Shown piece by piece: positions 53,120 to 62,639 of a stretch of 64,000 nucleotides of DNA; position 1 is the first letter of the stretch, and each line of letters opens with the position of its first letter. The position numbers and the translations under genes are program-made. Location of the stretch: contig CBDCOX010000002.1 in the NCBI GenBank assembly GCA_965219995.1, forward strand, positions 2,208,001-2,272,000. Direction: 5' to 3'. The DNA is from Candidatus Latescibacterota bacterium. GTDB taxonomy: Bacteria > Latescibacterota > UBA2968 > GCA-2709665. The notes beneath the pieces are model-generated. The model did not search any database and was not told the origin of the DNA. It was given only the letters and a program-made list of their open reading frames with translations.

Positions 53120-53578
53120 ATGAAAGAAAAAGTCAATCTTTCGGAAATCGAAGAACGATCCCATCATTCACCCAAAGGGACGTTCCAGGTGTCGCGAAAG
53201 GACGTGTCCGGATCGCTTGAAACCGGGAACCGGCCGTTCGAAATCGACTGGGTACGTCTGCAGCCGGGGATGACCAACTTTCCCTATCATGCGCACCAGA
53301 TCCAGTGGGAGTTTTACATCGTTGTCAGTGGCCGCGGCGTCGTCAGGCGAAACGACAGCACGTTCGAGGTGGAGACGGGCGACGTGTTCGTTCAACCGCC
53401 GGGGACCGCGCATCACATCCGCAATCCGAGTGAAGACGAAGACCTGATCTACTACGTGATTGCCGACAATCCCGTGTGCGATCCCTGCTATTATCCCGAT
53501 TCGGACAAGTGGGCGATCCGGCCGCCGGGCAAACTGGGGCGTATGACGGACGCGGACTATTACGACGGGGAGGAGTAG
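53120..53578 (+). CDS. Cupin domain protein
   Basis: PYHAHQIQWEFYIVVSG..GD..PPGTAH; YYPDSDKW. Confidence 0.88.
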   Translation: MKEKVNLSEIEERSHHSPKGTFQVSRKDVSGSLETGNRPFEIDWVRLQPGMTNFPYHAHQIQWEFYIVVSGRGVVRRNDSTFEVETGDVFVQPPGTAHHIRNPSEDEDLIYYVIADNPVCDPCYYPDSDKWAIRPPGKLGRMTDADYYDGEE

Positions 53579-53635
53579 AAGGCCTGGCGTCCTCCCGCCA
53601 GACTGACGGCAGTTGTTTCGGACGTTTCATGTTGC

Positions 53636-53670
53636 AAAAAAGAGCCCGGCTTTCCCGGCGCTCTTTTTTT
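53636..53670 (+). terminator. Rho-independent terminator
   Basis: AAAAAGAGC..CCGG hairpin..GCTC followed by T7. Confidence 0.7.
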
Positions 53671-53678
53671 GTCCAATC

Positions 53679-53728
53679 TTGACAGGGCCATGGGAATGAC
53701 GTATATTTTTTAGAATTTAATACGTCAT
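53679..53728 (+). promoter_or_regulatory. Sigma-70 promoter with overlapping palindromic operator of the TA operon
   Basis: TTGACA-N17-TATATT; inverted repeat ATGACGTAT (53696-53704) / ATACGTCAT (53720-53728). Confidence 0.75.
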
Positions 53729-53746
53729 CCGTGTGAGGAGAACATC

Positions 53747-53977
53747 ATGCAGACCAAACTCACCCTGCGGCTGGACGAGGATCTCATCCAACGCGCCAAA
53801 GCATTCGCCAGGTCCAACGGAAAGTCCGTCTCCCGGATCGTAGCCGACTACTTCGCACTCCTGGGACGTGGACGGGACGGAGTTGAAATCAGCCACGCGG
53901 TCCGCTCCCTGAAAGGCTCGCTGCGTGGCGCCCGGGAGGACGATTACCGAAGGTATCTCGAAGACAAATATCTGTGA
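53747..53977 (+). CDS. RHH antitoxin (DUF6364-like)
   Basis: TKLTLRLDEDLIQRAKAFA...GKSVSRIVADYF; YLEDKY end; GTGA overlap with the toxin. Confidence 0.88.
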   Translation: MQTKLTLRLDEDLIQRAKAFARSNGKSVSRIVADYFALLGRGRDGVEISHAVRSLKGSLRGAREDDYRRYLEDKYL

Positions 53978-54429
53978 AGATTCTCTTCGATACCAACGTC
54001 GTTCTGGACCTTCTGATGGATCGCGAGCCGTTTTCAGAACCCGCCGCCCGGCTGTTTTCCAGGGTCGACGAGGGCGACCTGTCCGGGTTTATCAGTGCGA
54101 CGACCGTGACAACCATTCACTATCTCGCGCACAGGACGGTTGGAGATCGGCAGGCACGCAGCGAGATACGAAACATGCTGGACCTGTTTGACGTCGCGCC
54201 GGTAAACCAGACTGTGCTTGAGGGAGCTCTCGAATCGAATTTCACGGACTTCGAGGATGCGGTATTGCATCAGGCTGCGCTGAACGTGAATGCGGACGGA
54301 ATCGTCACCCGAAACGCGGGCGATTTCAAACGCGCAGCGATTCCGGTGTTCGCGCCTGAAGAACTGGAACATCTGATGCAGATTACGGACGAGACAGCGT
54401 ACAGCCACGGCCATGACAACGTAGAGTGA
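53974..54429 (+). CDS. PIN-domain (VapC-like) toxin
   Basis: ILFDTNVVLD, DFEDA and IVTRN..DF. Confidence 0.9.
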   Translation: MKILFDTNVVLDLLMDREPFSEPAARLFSRVDEGDLSGFISATTVTTIHYLAHRTVGDRQARSEIRNMLDLFDVAPVNQTVLEGALESNFTDFEDAVLHQAALNVNADGIVTRNAGDFKRAAIPVFAPEELEHLMQITDETAYSHGHDNVE

Positions 54430-54456
54430 AATCGCGTTCAAGACACAGTCTGCCGC

Positions 54457-54491
54457 AGAAAGCCCCGGAGAACCGGTTCTCCGGGGCTTTC
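54457..54491. terminator. Bidirectional terminator hairpin
   Basis: Palindrome GAAAGCCCCGGAGAACCGGTTCTCCGGGGCTTTC between convergent genes. Confidence 0.8.
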
Positions 54492-54514
54492 GTCTTGTCA
54501 CGAACGTCGATGGA

Positions 54515-55501
54515 TCAGGGGACGGACGACACAAGATATTCGGGCGGAGATTCACCCACGGAAATAACGGAAAAGTCACGGTCGGCAGGGATAAGAAAGG
54601 TGTCGCCTGTCCCGGCGCGGCAGGCCTCGCCGCCGCCGTGGATTTCGGCGCTGCCGGAAAGGAAGGTGAGCGCGGCCAGCGAGGCGTACGGAGGATGTTC
54701 GGTCCTTATCTTCGACGGATTGAAGCGTTCCAGACGGAAGTGTTCGGACTCGACGAGAACGGTCCCGTCGGAATGCGCCCCAGCCAGCGTTGACACCGCC
54801 GCCGGTTGACGGCGCGGTCCGTCAAAATCGATGACGTCCAGCGCGCTGTCGACGTGCAGTTCCCTCGGCTTTCCGTCTGCCCCGGGGCGGTTGTAGTCGT
54901 AAATGCGGAAGGTGATGTCGCTGGATTGCTGGACCTCGTACACCATGACCCCGGAGCACAGAGCGTGGACGGTCCCTGGCGGGATGTAAACGACGTCGCC
55001 GGGGCGGGCGTCGTAAAATTCGACGGCATCCGAGACGCGGTTGTTGTCGATGGCATCCGCGAACGCGGACCGGTCAACGCCGGGCTTCAGGCCGCACGCG
55101 ATGCGGCCGTTTTCGGAGCGGAGCACGTACCAGGCTTCCATTTTTCCGAAACTTCCAAGCTGCTTCCTCCGGGCGTACGCGTCGTCGGGGTGGACCTGAA
55201 TGGAAAGGTCCTGGTGGGCGTCGAGCAGCTTGACCAGCAGCGGGAACTCGCCGCCGTACCGGTCGAAGATCGCCCCGCCAAGGAGTTCCCGCCCGTACGA
55301 GTCGGCCACGTCGTGAAGGGACCGGCCGGAAAACGGACCGGAAGCAACGAGACTCTCCATGCCCGGGTACGCGGAAACTTCCCAGGATTCTCCGATATTC
55401 CTTCCGCGCGGCAACGCTTTGTTGAACTGGTCCCGCAGCCTGCGGCCGCCCCAGATCATCTCTCTGAAATGCGGTCTCAGCGGCAGTATGGTCGGCAGCA
55501 A
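54515..55501 (-). CDS. manA: Type I mannose-6-phosphate isomerase
   Basis: IWGG, IGESWE, FPLLVKLLDA, LSIQVHPDD, K.EAWY, GTVHA, EVQQSSD and RELH. Confidence 0.92.
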   Translation of the reverse strand: MLPTILPLRPHFREMIWGGRRLRDQFNKALPRGRNIGESWEVSAYPGMESLVASGPFSGRSLHDVADSYGRELLGGAIFDRYGGEFPLLVKLLDAHQDLSIQVHPDDAYARRKQLGSFGKMEAWYVLRSENGRIACGLKPGVDRSAFADAIDNNRVSDAVEFYDARPGDVVYIPPGTVHALCSGVMVYEVQQSSDITFRIYDYNRPGADGKPRELHVDSALDVIDFDGPRRQPAAVSTLAGAHSDGTVLVESEHFRLERFNPSKIRTEHPPYASLAALTFLSGSAEIHGGGEACRAGTGDTFLIPADRDFSVISVGESPPEYLVSSVP

Positions 55502-55939
55502 ACGGATCTCCTATTGGACGGCTCGGTTGAACCTTTATTTGGCTATTTCGTTCAAGATATCCGGTACGCCTCTCGAAGTCAAATGCGGTTCCGACCGGAA
55601 ACCTCTCCCCACGGCCCCAAAAGGCGGGGAGACGTTAGACGGGAGACGTGAGATGATATCAGCGCCATATGGTATTTCTTGTCGTTACGATAACGGTAGA
55701 AAAACTGGCACGGTTAGCGCGAAAACACTGTGGTAACGTTTTCCTCTACCGTCTACCCTCTTACGTCTCACCGCTTTCCTCTGCCTGCGTACCGCTATTC
55801 CGCTTGCGGCGCATTGGCTCAGGCATTAGGTTAACAGTCCGTTGAGAAAATCTGCAGGATCCGGCAAACAACGGCTTCCTGAAGCGAGGCCGCCGGCCTG
55901 TTTCCGGACCTGACATCTTACGATTGCGAAAGGCTGGAT

Positions 55940-56542
55940 ATGTCGGCCGACAGAATCAGCGAACTCGAGCTGCAGATAGGCGAATTGATGTCGGAACTCC
56001 ATGCCCTGCAGAAGGCCAGCCCTGCAACGCCGGTCCCCGATTACACGCTTGAGAACCTGGCGGGAGAGACCACGTTGCTCGACCTGTTCGGCGACCGGGA
56101 TACGTTGCTGGCCATCCACAACATGGGACAGGGCTGCCGCTATTGCACGCTCTGGGCGGACGGCTTCAACGGACTGCTCCCGCACCTGGAGTCCGCCTTG
56201 TCTGTAGCCCTTCTGTCGAAAGACCCCCCGGAAACCCAGCGCCGATTCGCGAACGCCCGCGGGTGGCGTTTTCAACTGGCCTCCCACGGCGGTGGAGACT
56301 ATATCCGCGAACAGTCCGTAATGGCCGGCGACGACAACTATCCCGGCGCCGTGGTCTACCTGCGTGACGGCGACACGATTCTCCGGAAGAACGCGTGCGT
56401 GTTCGGGCCCGGCGACATTTACTGCGCGATGTGGACGCTGCTGGGTCTGGCGGGACTCGGTGAAGAGGATTGGACGCCCCAGTACTCGTATTGGCGGCGT
56501 CCTGAGCGTCTCGACGACGGCGGCCGGAACGTATTGGACTGA
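55940..56542 (+). CDS. DUF899 thioredoxin-like protein
   Basis: LLDLFG..L..HNMG..CRYCTLWADG pattern. Confidence 0.75.
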   Translation: MSADRISELELQIGELMSELHALQKASPATPVPDYTLENLAGETTLLDLFGDRDTLLAIHNMGQGCRYCTLWADGFNGLLPHLESALSVALLSKDPPETQRRFANARGWRFQLASHGGGDYIREQSVMAGDDNYPGAVVYLRDGDTILRKNACVFGPGDIYCAMWTLLGLAGLGEEDWTPQYSYWRRPERLDDGGRNVLD

Positions 56543-56623
56543 ACGCGCTAGAAATCGCGAAGCCCGCCGGGAGTCATCCGCCAGACAGTGCACGCCTCCC
56601 TCCAGTGTCGTAACGAGGTTTCG

Positions 56624-58051
56624 GTGAACCTGATTGTCCTGTGCAGCGACACTTTTCGAGTGGACCATCTGAGTTGTTATCGAAACGACTCACCGGTCCA
56701 TACGCCCAATATCGACCGCCTGGCGACGGAAGGCGTGCGGTTCGACTCGGCATTCGGTGAAGGCATACCCACGCTGCCCGCGCGACGGGTACTCTATACC
56801 GGGCGGCCGATTTTTCCGTTCCTGTGGGCGCCGCAGAAGTGGGACCGGGTGCAGCTTGCCGGCTGGCATCCGCTGTTCCACGAGGACGTGACGCTGGCGG
56901 AGTGGCTGGTGGAACGGGGGTACGTCACGGGGCTGATCAGCGATCTGCCGCACCAGTTCAAGCCCGGCAAGAACTTCCACCGCGGATTCGTTCAGTTCGA
57001 CTGGGAGCGCGGCCAGGAAATGGACTACCTTGTGGCGGGGCCCCGGGACACCGTGCCCGTCGAACGGTTCGATCCCACCGGCCGGGGCTCGCCCGTACTG
57101 ACCCAGTTTCTGATGAACAGCCGGGACTGGAAAGACGAGACCGACTGGTGCAGCGTGCGCGTGATTCGGAAGGGCATCGAATTCCTCAGGGAAAATGCCC
57201 GTCAGCAGCCGTTCATGCTCTGGCTGGAGTGCTTTTTTCCGCACGAACCGTGGTTTGCCCCACCCGAACTGGTGGAGCAGCATTACGAGGGGGACGACCA
57301 CGACGGCGTGGAGTGGATTTTTCCGCCGGCCAGTACGGACGGGATGAGCGACAACCAGGTCCACCGGGTGCGGGCGCACTACCGGGGGCTGTGCGCGTTG
57401 ATCGACCGGTGGTTCGGCCGGCTGATGGAAACCGCTGAAGAATTCGGACTGCTAGAGAATTCCATCGTGGTCTTCCTCTCCGATCACGGCACGATGATGG
57501 GAGAACAGGGTCAGCTCCACAAGGGTCCCAGCCGGCTGCGCTGGCAATGCACCCAGGTGCCTCTGATCATCCGGCACCCGGACGTGAACGCATTTTGCGG
57601 GAGCGCCGTGGGCGCCTTTGTGCAGCACCAGGATCTGATGCCCACCCTGTTGGGTCTGATGGGGATCGACGCCCCGGATCGATGTCTGGGCGAAGACCTT
57701 TGGCCGTACGTCGCGGGAGAGACGGACGGCGGCCGGGAACACGTCGTCACCGCGTTCGGAAACTACGCCAGCGTGCGCAGCAGGAACTGGAACTATCAGA
57801 CGCCCTGGGTGAAAGACGACCCGGCGGCGGACGGGAGCCAGCCCGCGCTGTCGCCGCCGGAACTTTACGACCTGAACGCCGATCCCGACGAATTGAAAGA
57901 CGTCGTGAACGACCGTCCGGACGTGGCGGCGGAATACCGCGACCGGCTGGCGGCGTATATTGAAGAAAACAGGCCGGTAACGGGAGGTTCGCTGGAAGTC
58001 GGCGAGGCGGCCCTGTCTCACGTGCCGCTGTTCGATCAGTCACGATTATAG
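56624..58051 (+). CDS. Sulfatase-like hydrolase (alkaline phosphatase superfamily), Thr at the nucleophile position
   Basis: SDTFR.DH, TPNIDRLA.EG, PTLPARRVLYTGR, PHEP, SDHG and ELYDL..DP.E. Confidence 0.88.
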   Translation: MNLIVLCSDTFRVDHLSCYRNDSPVHTPNIDRLATEGVRFDSAFGEGIPTLPARRVLYTGRPIFPFLWAPQKWDRVQLAGWHPLFHEDVTLAEWLVERGYVTGLISDLPHQFKPGKNFHRGFVQFDWERGQEMDYLVAGPRDTVPVERFDPTGRGSPVLTQFLMNSRDWKDETDWCSVRVIRKGIEFLRENARQQPFMLWLECFFPHEPWFAPPELVEQHYEGDDHDGVEWIFPPASTDGMSDNQVHRVRAHYRGLCALIDRWFGRLMETAEEFGLLENSIVVFLSDHGTMMGEQGQLHKGPSRLRWQCTQVPLIIRHPDVNAFCGSAVGAFVQHQDLMPTLLGLMGIDAPDRCLGEDLWPYVAGETDGGREHVVTAFGNYASVRSRNWNYQTPWVKDDPAADGSQPALSPPELYDLNADPDELKDVVNDRPDVAAEYRDRLAAYIEENRPVTGGSLEVGEAALSHVPLFDQSRL

Positions 58052-58130
58052 TCAAGACACCGGGTTGCGGGTAACCACCGGGAAGATCCCGGATACCCGC
58101 CGCCCGACAAACGTTCCAGGGAGGTTTGAA

Positions 58131-59225
58131 ATGGCCGATAAACTTGGGGTTCTGGTTCACGGCGCGGGATGGGTGTCCACGCAGCACATTATGGCCTTTA
58201 CCAACAATCCGCATACCGAAGTGGTGGCGGTATCCAGCCGGAAACTGACAAGCGCGCGGACCCGCGCCGAAGAGGCCGGCCTGGAAGGAATCGGGCTGTA
58301 CGACAACTACGAGCAGGCCCTGGCGCACGACGGCGTGGACATAGTGTGCGTCTGTACCCCGCAGCGCTTTCACGCGGAAAATACGATCGCGGCGGCGGCG
58401 GCGGGGAAACACGTTGTCATCGAGAAGCCCATCGCCAACAGCCTGGACGAAATCCGGGCCATGCGCGGCGCCGTGAACGCGGCGGGCGTGCGGACGGTTG
58501 TGAGTTTCGTGCTCCGATGGAATCCGTTGTTCGAGACCATCAAATCCATGGTGGCCGACGATGCCCTGGGTGACGTCTTCTACGTGGAGGCCGACTACCA
58601 GCACGACATCGCAAGCTGGTGGACGGGCTGGGACGAGGCCAGGAAAACGAGCACGGGCGTGAGCGCGTTTCTGACCGGCGGATGCCACGCCATCGACTCG
58701 CTGCGCTGGTTCGCCGCCCAGGGAGAGTTCGAAGCGGCCCAACCCGTGGAGGTATTCGCCTATTCCGGCGGATATCGCAAGGGCCTCAAGCAAGAGTTCG
58801 ACTACCTGGCCAACAAGTGGGTGGACGGCCTGCCGCTGGAATACGACGACCTGGAAGTCGCCCTGGTGAAGTTCTCCAACGGCGCCGTCGGAAAGGTCTC
58901 CGTAAACTACGGATGCATCATGCCGTATACGTTCCCCGTCGAAATCTTCGGGAACAAGGGAACCATAAAGGACAACAAGGTCTGGTCGCACAAGTATCCG
59001 GGGCAGAACAACTGGGTGGAGATTCCGGCCATCCTGCCGGATAGCGCGGACGTGACGCATCACCCGTTCCAGGGGCAGATGGACCACTTCGTCGAGTGCA
59101 TTCAGACGAATACGGAATCGCACTGCAACCTGGACGACGCGATTGTAACGCACGAAATCGCGTTTGCCGCCTTGCAGTGTTATGAAACCGGCCAGCCGGT
59201 GAAGCTGCCGCTGATGCAGGACTGA
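58131..59225 (+). CDS. Gfo/Idh/MocA family oxidoreductase
   Basis: HGAGWVS, VCTP..FH, GKHVVIEKP and GCHAID. Confidence 0.92.
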   Translation: MADKLGVLVHGAGWVSTQHIMAFTNNPHTEVVAVSSRKLTSARTRAEEAGLEGIGLYDNYEQALAHDGVDIVCVCTPQRFHAENTIAAAAAGKHVVIEKPIANSLDEIRAMRGAVNAAGVRTVVSFVLRWNPLFETIKSMVADDALGDVFYVEADYQHDIASWWTGWDEARKTSTGVSAFLTGGCHAIDSLRWFAAQGEFEAAQPVEVFAYSGGYRKGLKQEFDYLANKWVDGLPLEYDDLEVALVKFSNGAVGKVSVNYGCIMPYTFPVEIFGNKGTIKDNKVWSHKYPGQNNWVEIPAILPDSADVTHHPFQGQMDHFVECIQTNTESHCNLDDAIVTHEIAFAALQCYETGQPVKLPLMQD

Positions 59226-59249
59226 TTCCGAAACGGGCGAAAGGGTTCA

Positions 59250-60671
59250 GTGAAAATGGGTAAGCGGAATCTGCTGTTTTTCGGTGTGGACAGCCTGTGG
59301 GCCGACCACATGAGCTGTTACGGGTACGAACGATTGACAACCCCCTATGCGGACCGGCTGGCCGCACAGGGGGTGTTGTTCGAGAAGAATTACAGCCCGC
59401 ACATCCCGACGACCTCGGCCTATGCGTCGATGCTGACCGGTATGGATTGTTTTTCCACGCAGGTCGTGGCGTTGCGCCACCAGGGGGGGCTGAGGCCCGA
59501 GGTTGAGAGCCTGCCGGAGATCCTCCGCGACGCGGGCTACGATACGACATGCGTGGGCTTCACGGGCAACCCCAGCTCCCGTGGGTTCGACAGATACCTG
59601 AACTACGAGGCGTGGGGGTCGTGGGAGCAGCGGCCCCTGCGCAAAGCCGAATGGTTGAACGACGTAACGATTCCGGAACTGGAGCGGCTCGCCTCGGCAG
59701 ACCGGCCCTTCTTCCTGTTTCTTCGGCACATGGATCCCCACGCGCCTTACCTGCCGCCCCCGCCGTACGACACGATGTTTTACAGCGGCGATCCGTGCGA
59801 TCCCGCGAAGACGTCGATGGACCCGGTGCGAAATTTCAAGCCGTTTCGGGACTTTCACCTCAGCTGGATGCCGCCCGGCATCACCGACGCGGACTACGTG
59901 ATCGCACAGTACGACGGCGAAGTCGCATATATGGACGCCTGCATCCAGCGGATCCTCACAAGGCTGGAGGAACTGGGGCTGGCGGAAGATACGCTCGTGG
60001 TATACAACGGTGACCATGGAGAGACGCTGGCCGACCACGATTGTTATTTCGATCATCACGGGATGTACGACTGCACCCTGCACGTGCCGCTGATTCTGCG
60101 CCTTCCGGGCGTGCTGCCCGAAGGACGTCGCGTGCCCGGATATTCGAGCCACGCCGATCTCGTGCCGACCCTGTTGGAACTCCTGGAAATCCCGACCAGG
60201 ATCGAGTTCGACGGTGACAGCCTGTTGCCGCTGATACAGGGAACACGCGCATCGAACCGGTCTGAATTTTACATCACGGAGGCGACCTGGATGCGTAAGC
60301 ACGGTTGGCGCACGCCCGAGTGGAAGCTGATTGTGGCGCTCGAGCCCGATTTCCACGGAAAACCCGAGGTCGAGTTGTACAACCTCGTGGAAGACCCGGC
60401 CGAGAACACGAACCTTGCCGACCGGGAACCGGAGATCGCGCGGATGCTTCGAGCCCGCATGGACGCGTGGATTTCGAAGCGGGAGGCAGAAACGGGTCTG
60501 ACCAATCCGATGTTCACGAATCTGCAGTGGCACGGCACCCGGCACGAAGGACCCTTTCCCAGTTCGAGAGCGGCCTACGAAGCCCTTTACATCGGGTCGC
60601 CGAAGACGGCGAGGAAACTACAGGCCCGGGATGCTGAGGAAAACGAAGAAACAGCAGGCGGCGAGTCGTAA
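59250..60671 (+). CDS. Sulfatase-like hydrolase, Thr at the nucleophile position
   Basis: VDSLWADH, PTTSAYASMLTG, DPHAPY, YDGEV, GDHGE, HVPLI and ELYNL..DP.E. Confidence 0.88.
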   Translation: MKMGKRNLLFFGVDSLWADHMSCYGYERLTTPYADRLAAQGVLFEKNYSPHIPTTSAYASMLTGMDCFSTQVVALRHQGGLRPEVESLPEILRDAGYDTTCVGFTGNPSSRGFDRYLNYEAWGSWEQRPLRKAEWLNDVTIPELERLASADRPFFLFLRHMDPHAPYLPPPPYDTMFYSGDPCDPAKTSMDPVRNFKPFRDFHLSWMPPGITDADYVIAQYDGEVAYMDACIQRILTRLEELGLAEDTLVVYNGDHGETLADHDCYFDHHGMYDCTLHVPLILRLPGVLPEGRRVPGYSSHADLVPTLLELLEIPTRIEFDGDSLLPLIQGTRASNRSEFYITEATWMRKHGWRTPEWKLIVALEPDFHGKPEVELYNLVEDPAENTNLADREPEIARMLRARMDAWISKREAETGLTNPMFTNLQWHGTRHEGPFPSSRAAYEALYIGSPKTARKLQARDAEENEETAGGES

Positions 60672-60720
60672 CGGGTTACGGACCTGCCAGCAGCCGCATC
60701 CACAATGAAGGAGATTGACC

Positions 60721-61818
60721 ATGAGCGACGGTTTTCCGCTCCTCGAGGTATCGGGACCGCCGATGGAACGCGGGCAAGCGCACGGAGAGGTATTTCGGGA
60801 GGAGATTCGTGCGATGCTTCCGGTCTATTTTGACTATCTGGAGCGTATGAGCCGCAAATATCGCGTGCCCGTGTTGAGTAAGACACGGGTACGCGAAATC
60901 ACCGCGACCTACGCGAAACCCGCGGAAGCATACTCGCCGGACCTCGTGGAAGAAGCGAGAGGAATCGCCAGGGGTGCCGGCGTGCCGTACGAGGAGATCC
61001 TGGCGCTGAACGGCTTCCTGGACATTATCGACCATCTCTCTCCGACGTTCATCGAAGCGGGTTGTACGACGTTTATGATCCCGGAGATGGAAGACGGAGG
61101 CATAGCCACAATCGGCCAGAATTACGACCTGGCCGAGATTTTCTATGGGTCGGCCGCACTATTGAAAATCACGGGCGACGGCCCGGACGCGCTGATGTAT
61201 ACAACGGCCGGGATGCTTGGTTGCGCGGGGTTGAACAGCGAAGGCATTGGCGTTGTCATCAACAACCTCGTCCCGGGCGACGCCGGGCCAGGCGTACCTT
61301 ACCCTTTCGTGATCCGGCGAATCCTTGCCACTTCAGTCATTGGAGACGCTATCGACGCGGTCGTCTCGTCGCGCCGCGCGTCGGGAATGAACTACGTTCT
61401 GTGCGACCGGCACGGCGAGATTTACAACCTGGAAACCACCGCCTCGGATTACGAGGCAACCAGCCCGTTCGACGGTCCCATGGCGCACTCGAACCACTAC
61501 CTCGCAGACCGTCTGAAACCGCTCGAGCGTCGGGCTTACGATCAACAGGGCCAGAGCCTTGCAAGATGGGGCCGTGCCACGAGGCTTTTGCGGAGGTCCG
61601 CCAACCCGGGTGCGCACACGATCATGTCGGCGCTGGAAGACCACGTAAACAGCCCCGTTTCGATCTGCCGGCACAGCGTGGACGGATGCGGGCAGACGAT
61701 CTGCGGCATCGTGCTGGAGCCGTCAAACGGACTGGCGTGGTTTGCCCGGGGCCCCTGCTGCGAGCACCCGTGGGTGGAGCACCGGCTGTTCGAGGTCGCC
61801 GACCGTCGGGTCGCTTGA
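60721..61818 (+). CDS. Peptidase C45 family autoproteolytic acyltransferase/hydrolase (Ntn)
   Basis: G.PMERG.AHG, G|CT autocleavage site, GQNYD, GLNSEG and HSNHY. Confidence 0.88.
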   Translation: MSDGFPLLEVSGPPMERGQAHGEVFREEIRAMLPVYFDYLERMSRKYRVPVLSKTRVREITATYAKPAEAYSPDLVEEARGIARGAGVPYEEILALNGFLDIIDHLSPTFIEAGCTTFMIPEMEDGGIATIGQNYDLAEIFYGSAALLKITGDGPDALMYTTAGMLGCAGLNSEGIGVVINNLVPGDAGPGVPYPFVIRRILATSVIGDAIDAVVSSRRASGMNYVLCDRHGEIYNLETTASDYEATSPFDGPMAHSNHYLADRLKPLERRAYDQQGQSLARWGRATRLLRRSANPGAHTIMSALEDHVNSPVSICRHSVDGCGQTICGIVLEPSNGLAWFARGPCCEHPWVEHRLFEVADRRVA

Positions 61819-61897
61819 GCGAACCTCGACGTCAACCGCAATTTCGGCCCCGGGGAGATCACGCGGGCAAGAAGCACACTTTCGGCAGGATTTCGGT

Positions 61898-62599
61898 ATG
61901 GAAATGAAAATCGAACGCTGGTTCCGGGCGCCATACGGAATGCCGAACGGCGTGCAGGCAACCGCCGACGGCATCCGGGTGGTGGACCAGGTAACGGATC
62001 GCGTCGCGCTGCTGGGCGTTTCGGAAGCGGACGAGTACGGCATGTTGCGGCTGCGGTCTGAAGTGCCAACCGAGTCATCCAATACCAGCGGAATGGCCTG
62101 GGGCGATGGATCGCTCTGGCTGGCGGCAAACGGTTCCGCGGAGAAGTGGCGGGCGCCACGAGACACGGACGCGGATTCGGGCGAGATTCTGCGGGTGGAT
62201 CCGAAGTCGGGCGAGACACAGGGACGATGGCCGTTGCCGGGCGGCGGGGGCACGCACGGGCTGGAATACGATGCGTTCGAGCCGGGTACTCTGTGGCTGA
62301 CCACCTTGAAGAGCCAGACGTTGACACAGGTGCGGATTTCGGATTGGTCCATCCAGCGTGTGTTTTCCCTTCCTTACGGACGGGCGCACGGCGTCGTACG
62401 CGTTGCGGATGGGGTATGGGTGGTTCATACGTCGGAGCGGTCGATCGTGAAACTGGACGCGCAATCCGGGACTGTTCTGGGAGAGATCACGGTCCCGGCG
62501 TCGCAACCCGAGCCGCACGGGCTTTCGCGCTACAAGGACGGGTTTCTCTATTGCGACGCGACATCGGGATGGGTGGCGAGAATCTATTTGGATTCGTGA
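61898..62599 (+). CDS. Small beta-propeller protein
   Basis: Blade starts PNGVQ, TSGMAWGDGSLW, THGLEY, AHGVV and PHGLS. Confidence 0.7.
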   Translation: MEMKIERWFRAPYGMPNGVQATADGIRVVDQVTDRVALLGVSEADEYGMLRLRSEVPTESSNTSGMAWGDGSLWLAANGSAEKWRAPRDTDADSGEILRVDPKSGETQGRWPLPGGGGTHGLEYDAFEPGTLWLTTLKSQTLTQVRISDWSIQRVFSLPYGRAHGVVRVADGVWVVHTSERSIVKLDAQSGTVLGEITVPASQPEPHGLSRYKDGFLYCDATSGWVARIYLDS

Positions 62600-62639
62600 G
62601 GCGAGCTTCGGACGCGTAAGCGAGAGGCGGTAAAATCCG

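Noticed and set aside
55706-55721. Sigma-54 promoter TGGCACG-GTTA-GCGC on the + strand
   Set aside because: Spacing is right but the -12 element is poor and it lies about 220 bp from the next start, between repeats; too weak to call.
55856-55912. c-di-GMP-I riboswitch (GGCAAAC plus hairpin) upstream of DUF899
   Set aside because: Lacks the GNRA-capped stem and the GACGCAAAG core; only a generic hairpin.
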